This document shows, in pieces, positions 45,377-58,479 of a stretch of 64,000 bases of DNA. Position numbers and translations under genes: made by a program. The notes below the pieces were generated by a model that had not been told where the DNA came from, did not search any database, and was given only the letters and a program-made list of their open reading frames with translations. The stretch's first letter is position 1. Each line of letters starts with the position of its first letter. The DNA is from the human T2T-CHM13v2.0 reference genome, Homo sapiens: assembly GCF_009914755.1 (NCBI RefSeq), contig NC_060930.1; one strand, written 5' to 3'.

Positions 45377-46377
45377 AAGAAAGAGGTAGTATAGGACAAG
45401 TCAGAAATTTCAAGCAAGTTTTAGATAGTCTGTGTAATTTGTGATAAGATTCATAAATGGGGAATTTATAAAGGGAACTTTGTGTAAAATTAAAAACTTG
45501 CTATGATTAAAGAAAATTATTTGTAAAAAAACTTTTTACAAATGGCCTAAATATCAAAATCAAATTTTCTAAAGGTATTAATTTGCTAAATTACCAGAAA
45601 ATTTTATTTTCAATTCTGCAATATATTTCTTTTGAAAGCTATGCAGATCCATGTAACTCTCTCCTTCAGCTTTTTTGTCAGCTCCTGTTAATTTTTCTCC
45701 TCTGTTTATGACTGCTGTTGTGGTCTGATGGTAAAGTGTTTTGTCCTAGAGATCTGTGGGAGCAGTGTTTCCTCCAAATACAGCTTAATTCTATGCTGTT
45801 GGTTTTCCTCAATGGGTAATCTCATTTTGGCTTTTGGTTTTTGATTCTTAAGTTGCTTAGAAGGAATTTTGGGGCTAGTGGGTACCTGCTCAACTCCATT
45901 CCCTTCGGCCCATGGATCTTGATTTTTGTTTTGTATTACCTCTTTTTGTCATGGTGTGCTAGAGGCAGCATCAATGGCCATGTTTTATTTTGTCCTATGC
46001 TGATGACAAGGTCATGTGCTGCCTGCCCTGGGTCCATAATGTCCCTCAGTGGGACCCCCATGGCTGGGGCATTTGGAGCCAGGGGACTTGTAGCCAGTTG
46101 GATGTTCTGGCCTGGATCAGAGCGGAAGTGGGTGGACACTTATTGGCCCTTGAACCCCTTTTTAGCAGTGTGGGAGCCAGAGACTAGGAGCCAGGAAATG
46201 TATTTATAAAAATTACTTGTCTGTGGACAAGTTTAGCTGCTGTGGTCTTAGCTTATAGTAATTAGCTATACAAACTTCCCTTTTCCCTTTTGGAATTTAG
46301 GTCAGGTTCAAAAGGCTTTCCACTATAAAAATAAAATATTACTCTTCTTCAGAGAGGAAAAATAGCTCCCCTGTTTA

Positions 46378-46535
46378 GCCAGGAGACTTACTTTTGCTAA
46401 AACTTGGAAAGAAGAATCCCCTGAAGATCAACTACAACCAAAATGGAAGGGCCCTTATCAGGTGTCATTGAGTACCCCCTCTGCTGTTAAACTTCAGGGA
46501 ATACCTAGCTGAGTACATCTGTCCAGGGTTAACCT
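46378..46535 (+). pseudogene. Retroviral integrase C-terminal (GPY/F) remnant
   Basis: Translates PGDLLLLKTWKEESPEDQLQPKWKGPYQVSLSTPSAVKLQGIPS*VHLSRV. Confidence 0.85.
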
Positions 46536-46793
46536 ATGTCTTACGAGTCACAGCTACAAAAGGGGGACACCAACACCTACATCTGTGAACCTTTGGGGGA
46601 CCTCTGCTATTTAAAGAATCAACATCTCAGCCAGAAGTAGTAACATGATGCTGTGGGTGGGAATGGGAGCTACAGTTTTTCTCTTCTTCCTGATTGTAAT
46701 ACTTCCTTTGTATCACTTTAGCCAATCCCTTGGGAAACATCTCTTTTGTCTTTGTTGGGCATAGAGACCACGTTAAGGCCCAGCTGAATCACG

Positions 46794-48700
46794 ATGTCAC
46801 TGTTCATCCTGTTTGCTCCCCTAGTTACTATGATCCAGTATGGGTGGGAACATAACTCTATAGTAAATATTTCAACAATTATTGCATCAGGAAATCATCT
46901 TCACAGTTGCTGGATTTTTCATCAACATTCCCAGGCTAGAGAGGTCTATCTTATGGCTTACTTGGAAAATCACTCACTACAAGTCTCACTTCCCACATCT
47001 TACCTGGTTTTTACCCCAGACCTAACTAACCATAGTGATGCTGAAATATTCAAACCCCTGCTTGGTAAATAGAACTCTCCCCACTTAACGGATTATACCT
47101 GAATCCTCCTGCCACTATTACTTGGACCTGAAAAATTGTGTATCTATATCTCCAGTGCACAAATGAGTTTATCATTTGCACCCACTGTTGTGTTAATGAC
47201 ACAACAGCAGAAGTTTCCCTGTGATTCTTTGATTCAACTACAGTTGGCAAGTTCCCAAGGCTGCAGTAAAGTAAATGGGATTCCACTTGTAAGTTAGGAG
47301 ACCATATATGGTGCATTCTTCCAGATCACAACATACAAGGGAAAAATCACTGCCTAGTCTGGAAAGGTAGGAGTACCCCCCTTCTGAAAAATAAAGATTG
47401 TCCTGCCACCCCCATTGGAACAGGGAAAAAATATCTCTATAGACACAACTTGGAAGCAAAGGATAAACATCACACCCTGTAGGGCTTCTGTTTGTGCCCC
47501 CTCTGGGCTCATTTTTGTTTCTGGTCATGAATGGGAAGAAGTCAAACACTGTAACCTTTAGGAACTCCCTAGGGAGTCACCTGTTGTCTTAGGAGTAGCT
47601 TTCCCCTGTACATCAAAAACTTGGAACAGAGATGAATGTACATTGGCCAGCGTTGTCCCCCAGGGGTCACTGTCCATTATTTCATAAGACCCACGAATAC
47701 CAGAAGTAAGCTAGCAATAGGGTTGATTCCGGCAGGAATCAAGGCAGTGATGGGACTAGCAGCACCTTGGGGAGGCTTTGTCTACCATAAGTCAATCCTA
47801 AGGAGCTTGACTCAAACCCTAGAAACCTTAGCTACCAACACAGGTCAGGCATTAAAGGGAATTCAAGTGTCCTTAGACCATTTGGCAAATGTAGTTTTTG
47901 ATAATAGACTAGTGTTGGATTATTTACCGGCTGAACACAGTGGATTCTGTAAAGTTAATAATAAAACATGCTACACATATATTAACAACCGTGGACAAGT
48001 TGAGATTAACATTCAAAAGGTCTATGAGAAAGCTACCTGGTTACATAGATATAACCAGGGCACTGACCCCAGCTATATCTGGCCAACTATCAAAAGTGCC
48101 TTCCCAAGTCTTACCTGGTTTTTACCTCTCCTAGGAACTTGGTTGCTATCTTGTTACTAATATTGGCCCTTGCTTATTTAACCTCCTAGTAAAGTTTGTG
48201 TCTTCAACATTGGTGGTCCCCAACCTTTTTGACACCAGGGACTGGTTTCATGGAAGACAATTTTTCCACAGCCTGGGGTCGGGGGTGTGGATAGGGGTGA
48301 TGGTTTCAGGATGAAACTGTTCCACCTCAGATCATCAGGCATTAGATTCTCATAATGAGCATGCAACGTAGATCCCTTGCACACGCAGTTAACAATAGGG
48401 TTTGCACTCATATGAGATTTAATGCTGCTGTTAATCTAACAGGAAGTGTAGATCAGACAATAATGCTCACTGGCTTGTCCATCGCTCACATCCTTCTGTG
48501 CAGGCCTAACAGGCCACAGACTAATAACAGTCAATGGCCTGGGGGTTGGGAATCCCTGTTTTGGGGACCCCTGTTTTAGATTACCACGATTTTACCAAGT
48601 AAAAACAGTGCTGGCACAAGGCTTCCAAGCAATTCCATCTACTGACCTGGAGAATGGAAGTGTCCTGCTTCTGGCCCCTTACAGCAGGTATCTAGAGATT
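46794..48700 (+). pseudogene. Decayed gamma-type env, EnvV (ERVV-1/2)-like
   Basis: Signal peptide plus WEHNSIVNISTIIASGNHLHSCWIF; ORF 47636-48160 with RSKL|AIGLI fusion peptide, PWGGF, immunosuppressive domain LANVVFDNRLVLDYL and a degenerate CX6CC; stops and frameshifts in between. Confidence 0.88.
48209..48573 (+). mobile_element. MER1B (hAT-Charlie) inserted in the env tail, with a duplicated right end
   Basis: ggtccccaacctttttg.caccagggactggtttc.tggaagacaatttttccac..aaactgttccacctcagatcatcaggcattag; ends ttgggaatccctg-ttttggggacccctg. Confidence 0.88.
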
Positions 48701-49489
48701 TTTACTCCTCCAGTGCTAGGCAGGGCCTACTCCCATAAACTCAGCAAGAAGCAGTTACAGAAAATGAATCTTACCCTTCTGCAGTCCGTTAAGATTAAGG
48801 AGGAGTATCTAATCTTTGAGGGGGCAGGAAATGAGGAAGGAGGCAGGACTTGACTCCAGAGGCAGAGTTCAGACAGTGGACCAGATTGAGGACTAGCTAA
48901 AACAGGGCCAGGGCAAAAGCAGCTTTCAATCAGACATGCCCACCAGTGTGCCATGTCAATTAACCCTTGCCATGACAACACCCAGGAGTTACTGCCCCCT
49001 TCCATGTGACTCAGTGATGACTACTCCTCCCCTAGAAATGTCTGCATAGACTGCTCCTTAATATGCATGCAATTAAAAGTGGGTATAAATATGACTACAA
49101 AACTGTCCTGAGATGCTACTCTTTGCCTATGGACTAGCGCTGCTCTGCAGGAGCAGTCACAGAGCTTAACATCCCCAGAGCTGTAATGCTGCCTCTTCAA
49201 TAAGGCTATTTTTATGTACCTTTGGCTTGCCCTTGAATTCTTTCCTAGGCAAAGCCAAGAACACTTGCAGGCTAAGCTTCACTTTGGGGCTCACCTGCCC
49301 TGCATCTATAATGTATTATATATTTTAAAATTGCCAAAAGAAAATATTTTTTATATTCTTATTACAAAACAATGAAAAATTGGTGAGGTGATAGGTATCT
49401 TAATTAAGTTGATTGACTCTTTCTACAATGCATCCATAAATCAGAACATCACATTGTACCTCATATATATACACAATTATTATTTATCA

Positions 49490-49788
<299 letters not shown>

Positions 49789-51609
49789 GATGAATGAATG
49801 GCAAATTAAAACTTTTAAAATTTTATTAATTTAAATCTCAAGAGTAAATTGCTTAATGGGGAAATGCAGTTCAGATAAAAATCAACCTGAAATGTTGCAG
49901 CATTATTTTCTCCTGGGTTTACTGCTCTTTAAGACATCTATTTACTCAACTCGTGATAGATTTTCTGCTTTAATCTATCAGAGCATGTTTAACTTTAAGG
50001 GCGTATTAACAAATCTTGTTTTTAAGACCAGTGATTCTGATGCAGATATATCTATGCCTACCACTACTTAGAACAGAGCAGAGGTTGACTTTGCTGTAGA
50101 TATACATCTTAGCCAGAAAGAACCATCCGACAGGCATTTTACCATTTAAATTGACTTGAAGATTAATATCTAAACTTTCTACCACATATATTCAATAAGA
50201 AGACCATTAGGGGGATGCAAGAAAATATCATAAGGACTTTAATGGGATGCTTCAATCAGTTTAGAAATGTTACTACATTTTACTTGAAGCCATTATGATT
50301 CGGAGACATGTTTTCTGAGATTCATGAAACTTTTAATTATCAAGATTAAAATGGAAATATAAATGTTAAATATATAAAATATAATATAAGACTCTAAGAG
50401 AAAATGCCTTCTGAGCTGTGTATGAATTAGAGTTCACAAACGTTCTTTTTTCTTCCTTACTTATAGAGGTATTCTCATATAAGGCAGTCTCATTTATCAA
50501 ATGTGCTGTAAAAAGTTACTTGAATAAAATAATATAGTTTTATGTATATAATTTTGGAAATATGTTCTTAGGGATTTCATAGATAATGATGTGTGTTAAT
50601 ATTATTTACACAATGCTGAACATCAGGGAAAGAAATGGTAAATGCTTTGAAAATTTCCCTTTAGTCTTTTAAAGGCCATTTGGTAAACAAGAATTGTCTC
50701 TGACAATTAGAACAAATTTCTGGAAAAAATTTTGCTTCATGTCAGGATAGATAGAAAAGTGACCTGATAGATAAGAAGTAGAAATATTATTTATGGTGTT
50801 TTTTATTTTTAAAAGCAGCAATAATGGGCAAGATAAGAGAGTGTTTGGAAAGTCCTTTAAACAAGATTATCTGTAACAGGGTCTGTGGTTGATATGCCTT
50901 TTTCATCCTAGTTGGTATGCATTGGCTATATATTATGCTAAGTTTTCGAGGCACCCATTATTTTTAAAGTTTTTTTTGAGGCTGCACTACAATAATTTCT
51001 ATGAAATATTTTTAGTTGTTATTCAAGCATCTTACTGTTGACCATTCTGTTCTCACTTTTCATCTCAGACAGTTATCTGATATTTTGCCTCAAATGAGTA
51101 GTGAGAAACCCTTTGTGTTCTGCCTCTTGATGTTCAAAGGTGATTAAAGTGATGTTGAAGAGACTGTTTAGTAGCAAATTTTTGTTTGCACCATGATCGA
51201 GCATGAAAGATTAGAGGAAGTTAATAGAGAACCAATAGAGAAGTAGATATGATTAATCAGAAACACTACTTCGAAGTTTTTTTTTATGTGGATCTTTGTA
51301 TAATACTGACATTATACAATGATTATTTAATTATCCAATCATTCATTCAGTAAACATTTAGTATGTGCTAAGCACTTCAGTCTCCCAAGAATTTTTGGCC
51401 AATCAGGCTTACCTATCAATTGAAACTGAATTCTTATGGATGAGTTTAATTCTGATCATAGCCACAGAAATAAGATTTGGTTGAAATGTAGTGCTAGGTA
51501 TACTTCCTTCAAAGGCCATGCAAAGGGCGCATCCATTCCAGACATCACAAATTTCTCTTGAAAATATGGAGAAGAATAGAATATCAAGGGATAAATGGAC
51601 CTTTTCCAC

Positions 51610-52460
51610 TACTGAGTCACATATCTAACCTTCTGAAACAAAGTGGATATACCTCAGGAAATTCAAACTTAAATCCAAAATTGAATTCATGATATACTAT
51701 TTCATCATCCACACATTTCCTATATTAGTAAATGATACCATACTTCACCTACTCTTCCAACCAGAAGGTTAGAAGTCTTCTAAGATTCCTCTCCATACTC
51801 ACAAGTGTGAATAACTTCATCATAGGCTTGAAAAATATTTTTATACATAAACATTACATTAATCCATGAAATTAAAAAACAAAAAAACAAATTTGAGCTA
51901 AGAGCATTGTTTTAAAAACCAGATAATATATTGAGCATTACAAATAGTACATAAGCATGGTTAGTTAAAAGAAAGAAAAACCGGGGATTGGGACTAGGTT
52001 CTGATAATGAAACTAGCCATCTCTATTGTCCATAGAGTCCTGTTGATTCTATTTTGTAAAGATATCTCGAGTATGACCCCACTTGTTTATTTCTTCCTCC
52101 ATTTCTGCCTTCATTGTAGCCTCAAATATATCATTTTTCCTTTTAGATGTCCTTTCTCTTTTTTGCTACATTTCAACATACCATGCCCATTTACTAAGAC
52201 TCAGCTCACTCTTCATCTTTCTCTGGAAGCCTTTCCTGACCTCCTTCCACCAAGGGTTAGAGATAATTTGTACTCTCAACATCTTATGTAAGTCGCCATC
52301 CCTTTACATTCTAATTGCAATGATCTGTAATCATTTACTCATTTGTCTCCCCAGATAGAGTAAGAAATTCACTAGGCAAGGGACTGCAGCTATCATCTTT
52401 GTATTCTTAGCACTTGTGCATTGTCACACATGATAAACCATAATTGTCTTTAATAAACAA
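51610..52460 (+). mobile_element. L2 3' region, interrupted at 51798-52015
   Basis: gagtcctgttgattcta, taagactcagctca..ggaagcctttcctgacc, tgtctcccc..ggcaagggact..tctttgtattc. Confidence 0.65.
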
Positions 52461-55400
52461 GTGACAACACCATATAAAATGGGGAATTTATTTATTGAGA
52501 AATTTACACTCCAAATACACTTCTGCTAACAATTCATCAAAATACTGCTAAAATATTGGGGAGGGAGTTGCAAAAAAGAGAATTACTCTGCAGCCCTTTA
52601 CTGAAACATGCCATTAAAGGAAATACCACTTTTTCTCTCCACATAGGAGATTTTTCAAAATTATATCATGGTCATCTAGCTTTGGGATATGTGAAAACAA
52701 AACATGTATAAGTTTATATATGAGATTTATCATTAATGTTGGTTATAATTACTTCACCTAACAAACGGAGAAAATTATGCCATGTTTAGGTGTGACTATT
52801 GGATAGTTTTGGTCTGGAATAGAAAATGCATTGGAGATAATTTTCTATTGATTAGTACCCTCTGGCACAGCATGCTTTAATTGTTAAGATTTATTAAACT
52901 CTGTCATCCTAATCACCTCCCCATCATACCCTGATCCTTTAGGTGGGTCTTAGGGAAAAAAATGAGACAATAAGAAATGGGCCCCTACTATGATATAAGA
53001 CCTGGGAGATCCTGTTCTTGTTTGGAATGTCAGGATATTGGTTAGGGCATGGGAAGGGGGTGAAGGGTTTGTGAGAAGGAGAGCACAGTAAAATGTCTGA
53101 ATCTTGATGGACATGGCTAAAGTAGTCAAGCATGGCCCTTAAAGGAACCATTATTTGTCTCAGGTTTGCTATTTGTCACATCCATATCAGCACCTGGGCT
53201 TGAGAATATTTTGTTCTGAAACCAAGGAAATGAGAATAGAAGAGATGGGTAGTTATTATGTCTTTACTTGCCCACTACACTCAAATAAATAGTCCTGTTT
53301 TTCTTTCTTAAGATGTTTTGGGTTATTGAGTGTCAAATTTGAGCAGCAAGTAAAAGAAAAGGGAAGACGTCATACAGGTGCCCACAAGAGGCTTCTGAAA
53401 CACCTTCCTCTGGAATATAATTTAATTATTAAGTATCAAGCCTCTTTTAAGTATCTCACCAATGTGAAGTACTTCATGATAGACTTGAGAAAATTATTCA
53501 TACATAAATTCTATTATATTAATCCACTAAATGGGAAAGTAGAAAAAAAATGAGCTAAGAGCATTGTTTTAAAAACTAGTTAATACATTGAGCATTAAAA
53601 ATAGTATATAAGCATAGTTGGATGAGAGAATGAAAAAAGGAGATTGAGAATAGGTTCAAATAATGAAAAACTAATATATTTTAGAATAGCAAAGAAGATA
53701 TAAACTAAGCAATATGTTCACATGGAGAAAACTTGTTTCTTTTAAATTTCTGAACATTCTGTCAGAGTAACTTACAAATTAGCTTAGAAACAGAATCCTT
53801 TCTAATACAGTTGACTTCTTAACAGTCAAGTGTTTAAGAAGCTTCCAAGTTTTTCTTTTAATTTAGAAGAACCACAGCATCTGCTTCCTATGTGGTAAGT
53901 AATAAGGACTTATCTAGTGAATGGCTTGTACCACTCTGAAAGATGCAGTTTAAATTTCATTACTACCACCTTCCTGAGTTAAAGTTTAGTTTGGGTTGAA
54001 ATTGGGAAGGAAGATTTTCAGTAATTTATTTTTTAAAAGGAAAGAAAAGAGCATTATTTTTAAATTCCCATAAAGTACATAAGCAAGAAAATCAGTCTGA
54101 AGAAAGCTCAAAAAGTTCAAATTATGGCTTTTGGAGGAGTCTCAAATACAGCCAATTGAAGATTAACAAGATTAACTATCTGAATAGTGGTCAACACTGT
54201 TTACAGTATATGCATAAGTAATCTTTAGTAATTTTAATGAAGTTATCATCATTCTGTCTTTTTTCTCTTGGAAGAAAGGATGTGTATATTTCCTGAGGAT
54301 CCACAGAGAATGAATTTCTCTGAGATTTTAAATCAGCTGAGAAAAATTGTACCTGTCATAGACTGGTTCGGAAGCTATTAATGACACTATACTTGATTGA
54401 CTAAATTGGCTAAGAAATAGTTCTTCTAAGCTCCTGAAGATAAATTCAATCAGAAGAAGATTCAAGACTATAGCACTCAAGTCACATGAAATAAAAATTA
54501 ATTTTAGTTTTGTAAGCTAAATGGCCAATAATAGTGTTCTATTCAGATTTTGAAAGATGTAGCAACATTTAATTCTGGAAAGTTGCTGTCTCATGTACTT
54601 ACTAGTATAATATATAACTAAAATATTAGATATTTAGTTTGTGTCCAGAACCATTCCAAGCATTTTAAAAGAAATATCTTACCATTATGTCCATGAAGTC
54701 AGTTTCCCCTTTTAACGAATTAAGAAACAGGCTTCCAGGTCCATTTTACTACATAACTTACATATCTTATTGCACTTGATCATTCAAATACATTAACTGG
54801 GCTCTTATTGTGTGCCAGGAACTGTTCCTAGCACAAGAAACACATGAAATGAACCTACAAAAATTTCTACTCTAAGGAATATGGAGTCTATTGTCCTGAC
54901 AGCATCTACATTTATTATCTTAGCTTTACTTTAGGTTTCCAATTCAAAATAGCGCACAATTTCAAATTTTCCACCTTTCCTCCTACCCCATTCATCTCTG
55001 TTTATATTGAGAATAGAATTGTAGTGGTATTTTTCAAGTTCTATGTTTTGTAGCAAAATAATATGGAGGATATGTTGACAAGAGGAATATACACTGCTTT
55101 AAAGGTTAAATTGAAGTAAAAGATAACTATCTGTGACACTGTAAATCTTTCTTTCACGTCCTTGAAATCAAGTTGGCCATGTGAGTAAGGTCATTGATAA
55201 GTTGAAAGAAGCCAGGTCATCTATCAACTTTGTAACCTGAACATCCAATTGATCTTTGTGAGTCCACTTCCCTGCCTGTAGCTTGGGCAAAATAATGAAA
55301 CTTAATGTCAGTTTATGATTTTACATTATGAAATCAATTTATACATGTATGTGAATGAATCCTCTTAATTAATTGATTGATTGCTCCACCAATATTAGTT

Positions 55401-55530
55401 ATTTTTAAATTTTCCAGGATCTGGCTTAGTAAGTACTCAATAAATGTCCTTGAACTAACATGGTTAAAACCATTAGAACTTTCTCAATTTATTGTACGTT
55501 TTCTTGTAATAAACCAACCTCCCAGTACAT

Positions 55531-55558
55531 ATATGTATGTATGTATGTATATATATAC

Positions 55559-55593
<35 letters not shown>

Positions 55594-55597
55594 CATA
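55531..55597. repeat. (TA)n/(TATG)n microsatellite
   Basis: Direct reading. Confidence 0.9.
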
Positions 55598-56557
55598 AAT
55601 GAAAATATCTGGTGGTTATTCAATAAACCATTTTGTCAGTGATAGAAATACTGATTCAACTGCCAACTCATAAATGAAAAATTCATATGGCGGTCTGCGT
55701 GTATATTTATGTAATATTTCTTATCAGTCATCACAGATATTAACCGTTTAATGATCTTTGCATTGATACATTTCTTGAGTGTTTAGGTTATTCACCTATA
55801 CATCCTCAAAGGCTAGCAAGGCCTAATGCATGATAAAAAATTCAATTTTACATATAATATGTATATGTATAATTCTACATATTATATTTTATATATATAT
55901 GTTTCTCTTGCAGGATCACTATGGGAACTTTTAAATAGATATTATATTTATTCTACTGATGACAGATATAAACTAAATAGAGTAATCAATTAGAAGTTTC
56001 TTAAGTGATATGAGCCAAAGAGACTCTGGTGACTGATGAGTATCGATGCATACTGTTTTTCTTTGAGTAAGTCATTCACCCATTATGTAAAATTTTTAGC
56101 CAACTGGTAAAATATAAAGGCAGTTTACCCTTGATATACATGTTCTTCTAGCTAAATATGGGTTTATTTATTTCTTTTAAGCTCAAATAAACACACAGGT
56201 AAGCCATTGATCCTTTGCATATTCAGTGTCAGAATAAAGGGACAGTTGTCTTCTTTAGTCATTTTTAGGATGACCAAAGTCCAGAAATCACCCATCAAGT
56301 GAGTGGGTGGATGATGCCAACCAGTGCTCAGGAATGGCGAAGACCTCACCGTTAGTTAGCAAGCATTGATACAGTAACTTGGTGCATAGTCATTCAACAG
56401 ATAGGGATAATGGAATAAGTGAATAAAACACTGAAAAGTCAAAAAAATAGGACCAAACACATCCATTTTGAATTAGCCAAGTTTGTGGCAAGAGAGAAGC
56501 TTGATGTTTTTCTTTCTGGAGATAAGGGCAGTACTGAATGTCTATAAATTTTTGAAC

Positions 56558-56719
56558 AAGGCATCTCAAATTTTAATGTGCATATAAATGACTTAGGACT
56601 CTTGTTAAAATGCAAGTTCTTATTCATCAGTTCTTGATGGGCCCTAAGATTCTATATTTCTAACAAGCAGCTAGGTGATGCTGATGTTGTTCTTTGGACC
56701 ACACTTTAAATAGTAACTG
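56558..56719 (-). mobile_element. MER5A
   Basis: cttgttaaaatgca..gggccctaagatt..tttctaacaagc..aggtgatgctgatg..ggaccacacttt. Confidence 0.75.
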
Positions 56720-57999
56720 TATAGATTATAACCTTTTATATTTTTCACTTACTTTATTGATATATTTTATATGTTTATAGTTTTTTAGGCATTTTCATTA
56801 TGTCACATTTAGATATGCATTACATTGCTAAATTTTTACAATAAATTTGATAGACTGGCATGGAATATACTGTCAGTAATTCCATTTTAAAGAAGCTGAG
56901 ACTTAGAAGTTAAATCATGATGTCAAATCACTTAGAAGTTAAATGATGATGTAAACCACTCCATATCAATTGTCCCAGAGCTCCTTCCTCTACATCTTTC
57001 TGTCTTCATTGGCCTTTTACACACAGAAAACTGCCTGTGCATGTGGTATATATCATAAAGTCAAGAAACATGTCAAAAACAGATTTTAAAAAAATTATTA
57101 ACCAATGATTTCCTTTCCATAAAGATAATGTTGTTGGACCTACTGTGGCTATAGTGGCTTTTGAAATATTTTTTTCTGCCTTAGATATTAAAGACATAAC
57201 TCACAGAACAGATAATATAGGAGCTAAGACACAAGGTTAGAATAAATCTATGCAACAAACGACATGAATACCACATGATACATTAGAAGAAAACATGTGC
57301 AAACAGACCAAGGATAAAGACATGTTTACCGCTAGAAAGTCATGGGCAGGTGGGATAGTTTGTTGATGAAATTCGAGGTTAGATGAATAAATAGGATGTT
57401 TTCAGTGAGGGACTGAGTGAAAGGGGAAGATTCAAAAGACATTGAGAAGAGAAAAATTCACAGAACTGGTAATGGTTTTTAAATGTCTGTGTGGGCTTCT
57501 GGTGATGGTTGTGGTGGATTAAACAAGTAGAAACTATGGAAATAAATATGTTGAGGGCAGTATGACAATGAATGACAGTAACCTAGCACTGTTCCCTACA
57601 GATGTCCATTTTGTAAAGATAAGTAGCATAGGCTTGTGGTAGATCTTTAAAGAGAAAATGTAAACAAGATAATAAGTTAATGATTTTGTATATTTATTCA
57701 GGGAAGAGATAATAAGAATCAGAAAAAAACAGGTTTTACCCAGAAGAATTAAAAAAATGGAGAGAATAAATTTGGGAGACACATAACTTCGTGCCTACTT
57801 GGATGCTGGGTTCTGAAACAGAAAGAAGAGTTGTAAATGACTCAGAAGTTTAAGCCAATGTAACTGAATGGCAAGTCATGACTTCCATGAGATAAGAGCA
57901 AAAGAAAAAAGGACAATGGAAGAGATGTTGAGTTCAATTTTAAGGAAAATGTTTTGCAGACAGAATAACCATATAAAGAAGAAGTTGATTAGCAGTTAG

Positions 58000-58356
<357 letters not shown>

Positions 58357-58479
58357 TTAATTTTCTTAATATAAAAGTAAGATAAGTGATTGCATATTAC
58401 TTATGCAAGTTTTTTTTATAAACATGTTTTTTCTCTTGTGTTAACTTATTTAGTTTATTTGAAGATTGTCTGACAAAAA

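Larger units (their letters stand above)
43248..49307 (+). mobile_element. ERV1 provirus, MER66-like LTRs (partial 5' LTR 43248-~43557; 3' LTR 48832-49307), antisense to TRDN
   Basis: Both LTRs begin TGAGG(T/A)AGG..actggaccagattgagg.ctagctaaaacagggcc; 4-bp TSD ATAA (43244-47 / 49308-11); PPT gagggggcaggaaa before the 3' LTR; pol and env remnants inside. Confidence 0.88.
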
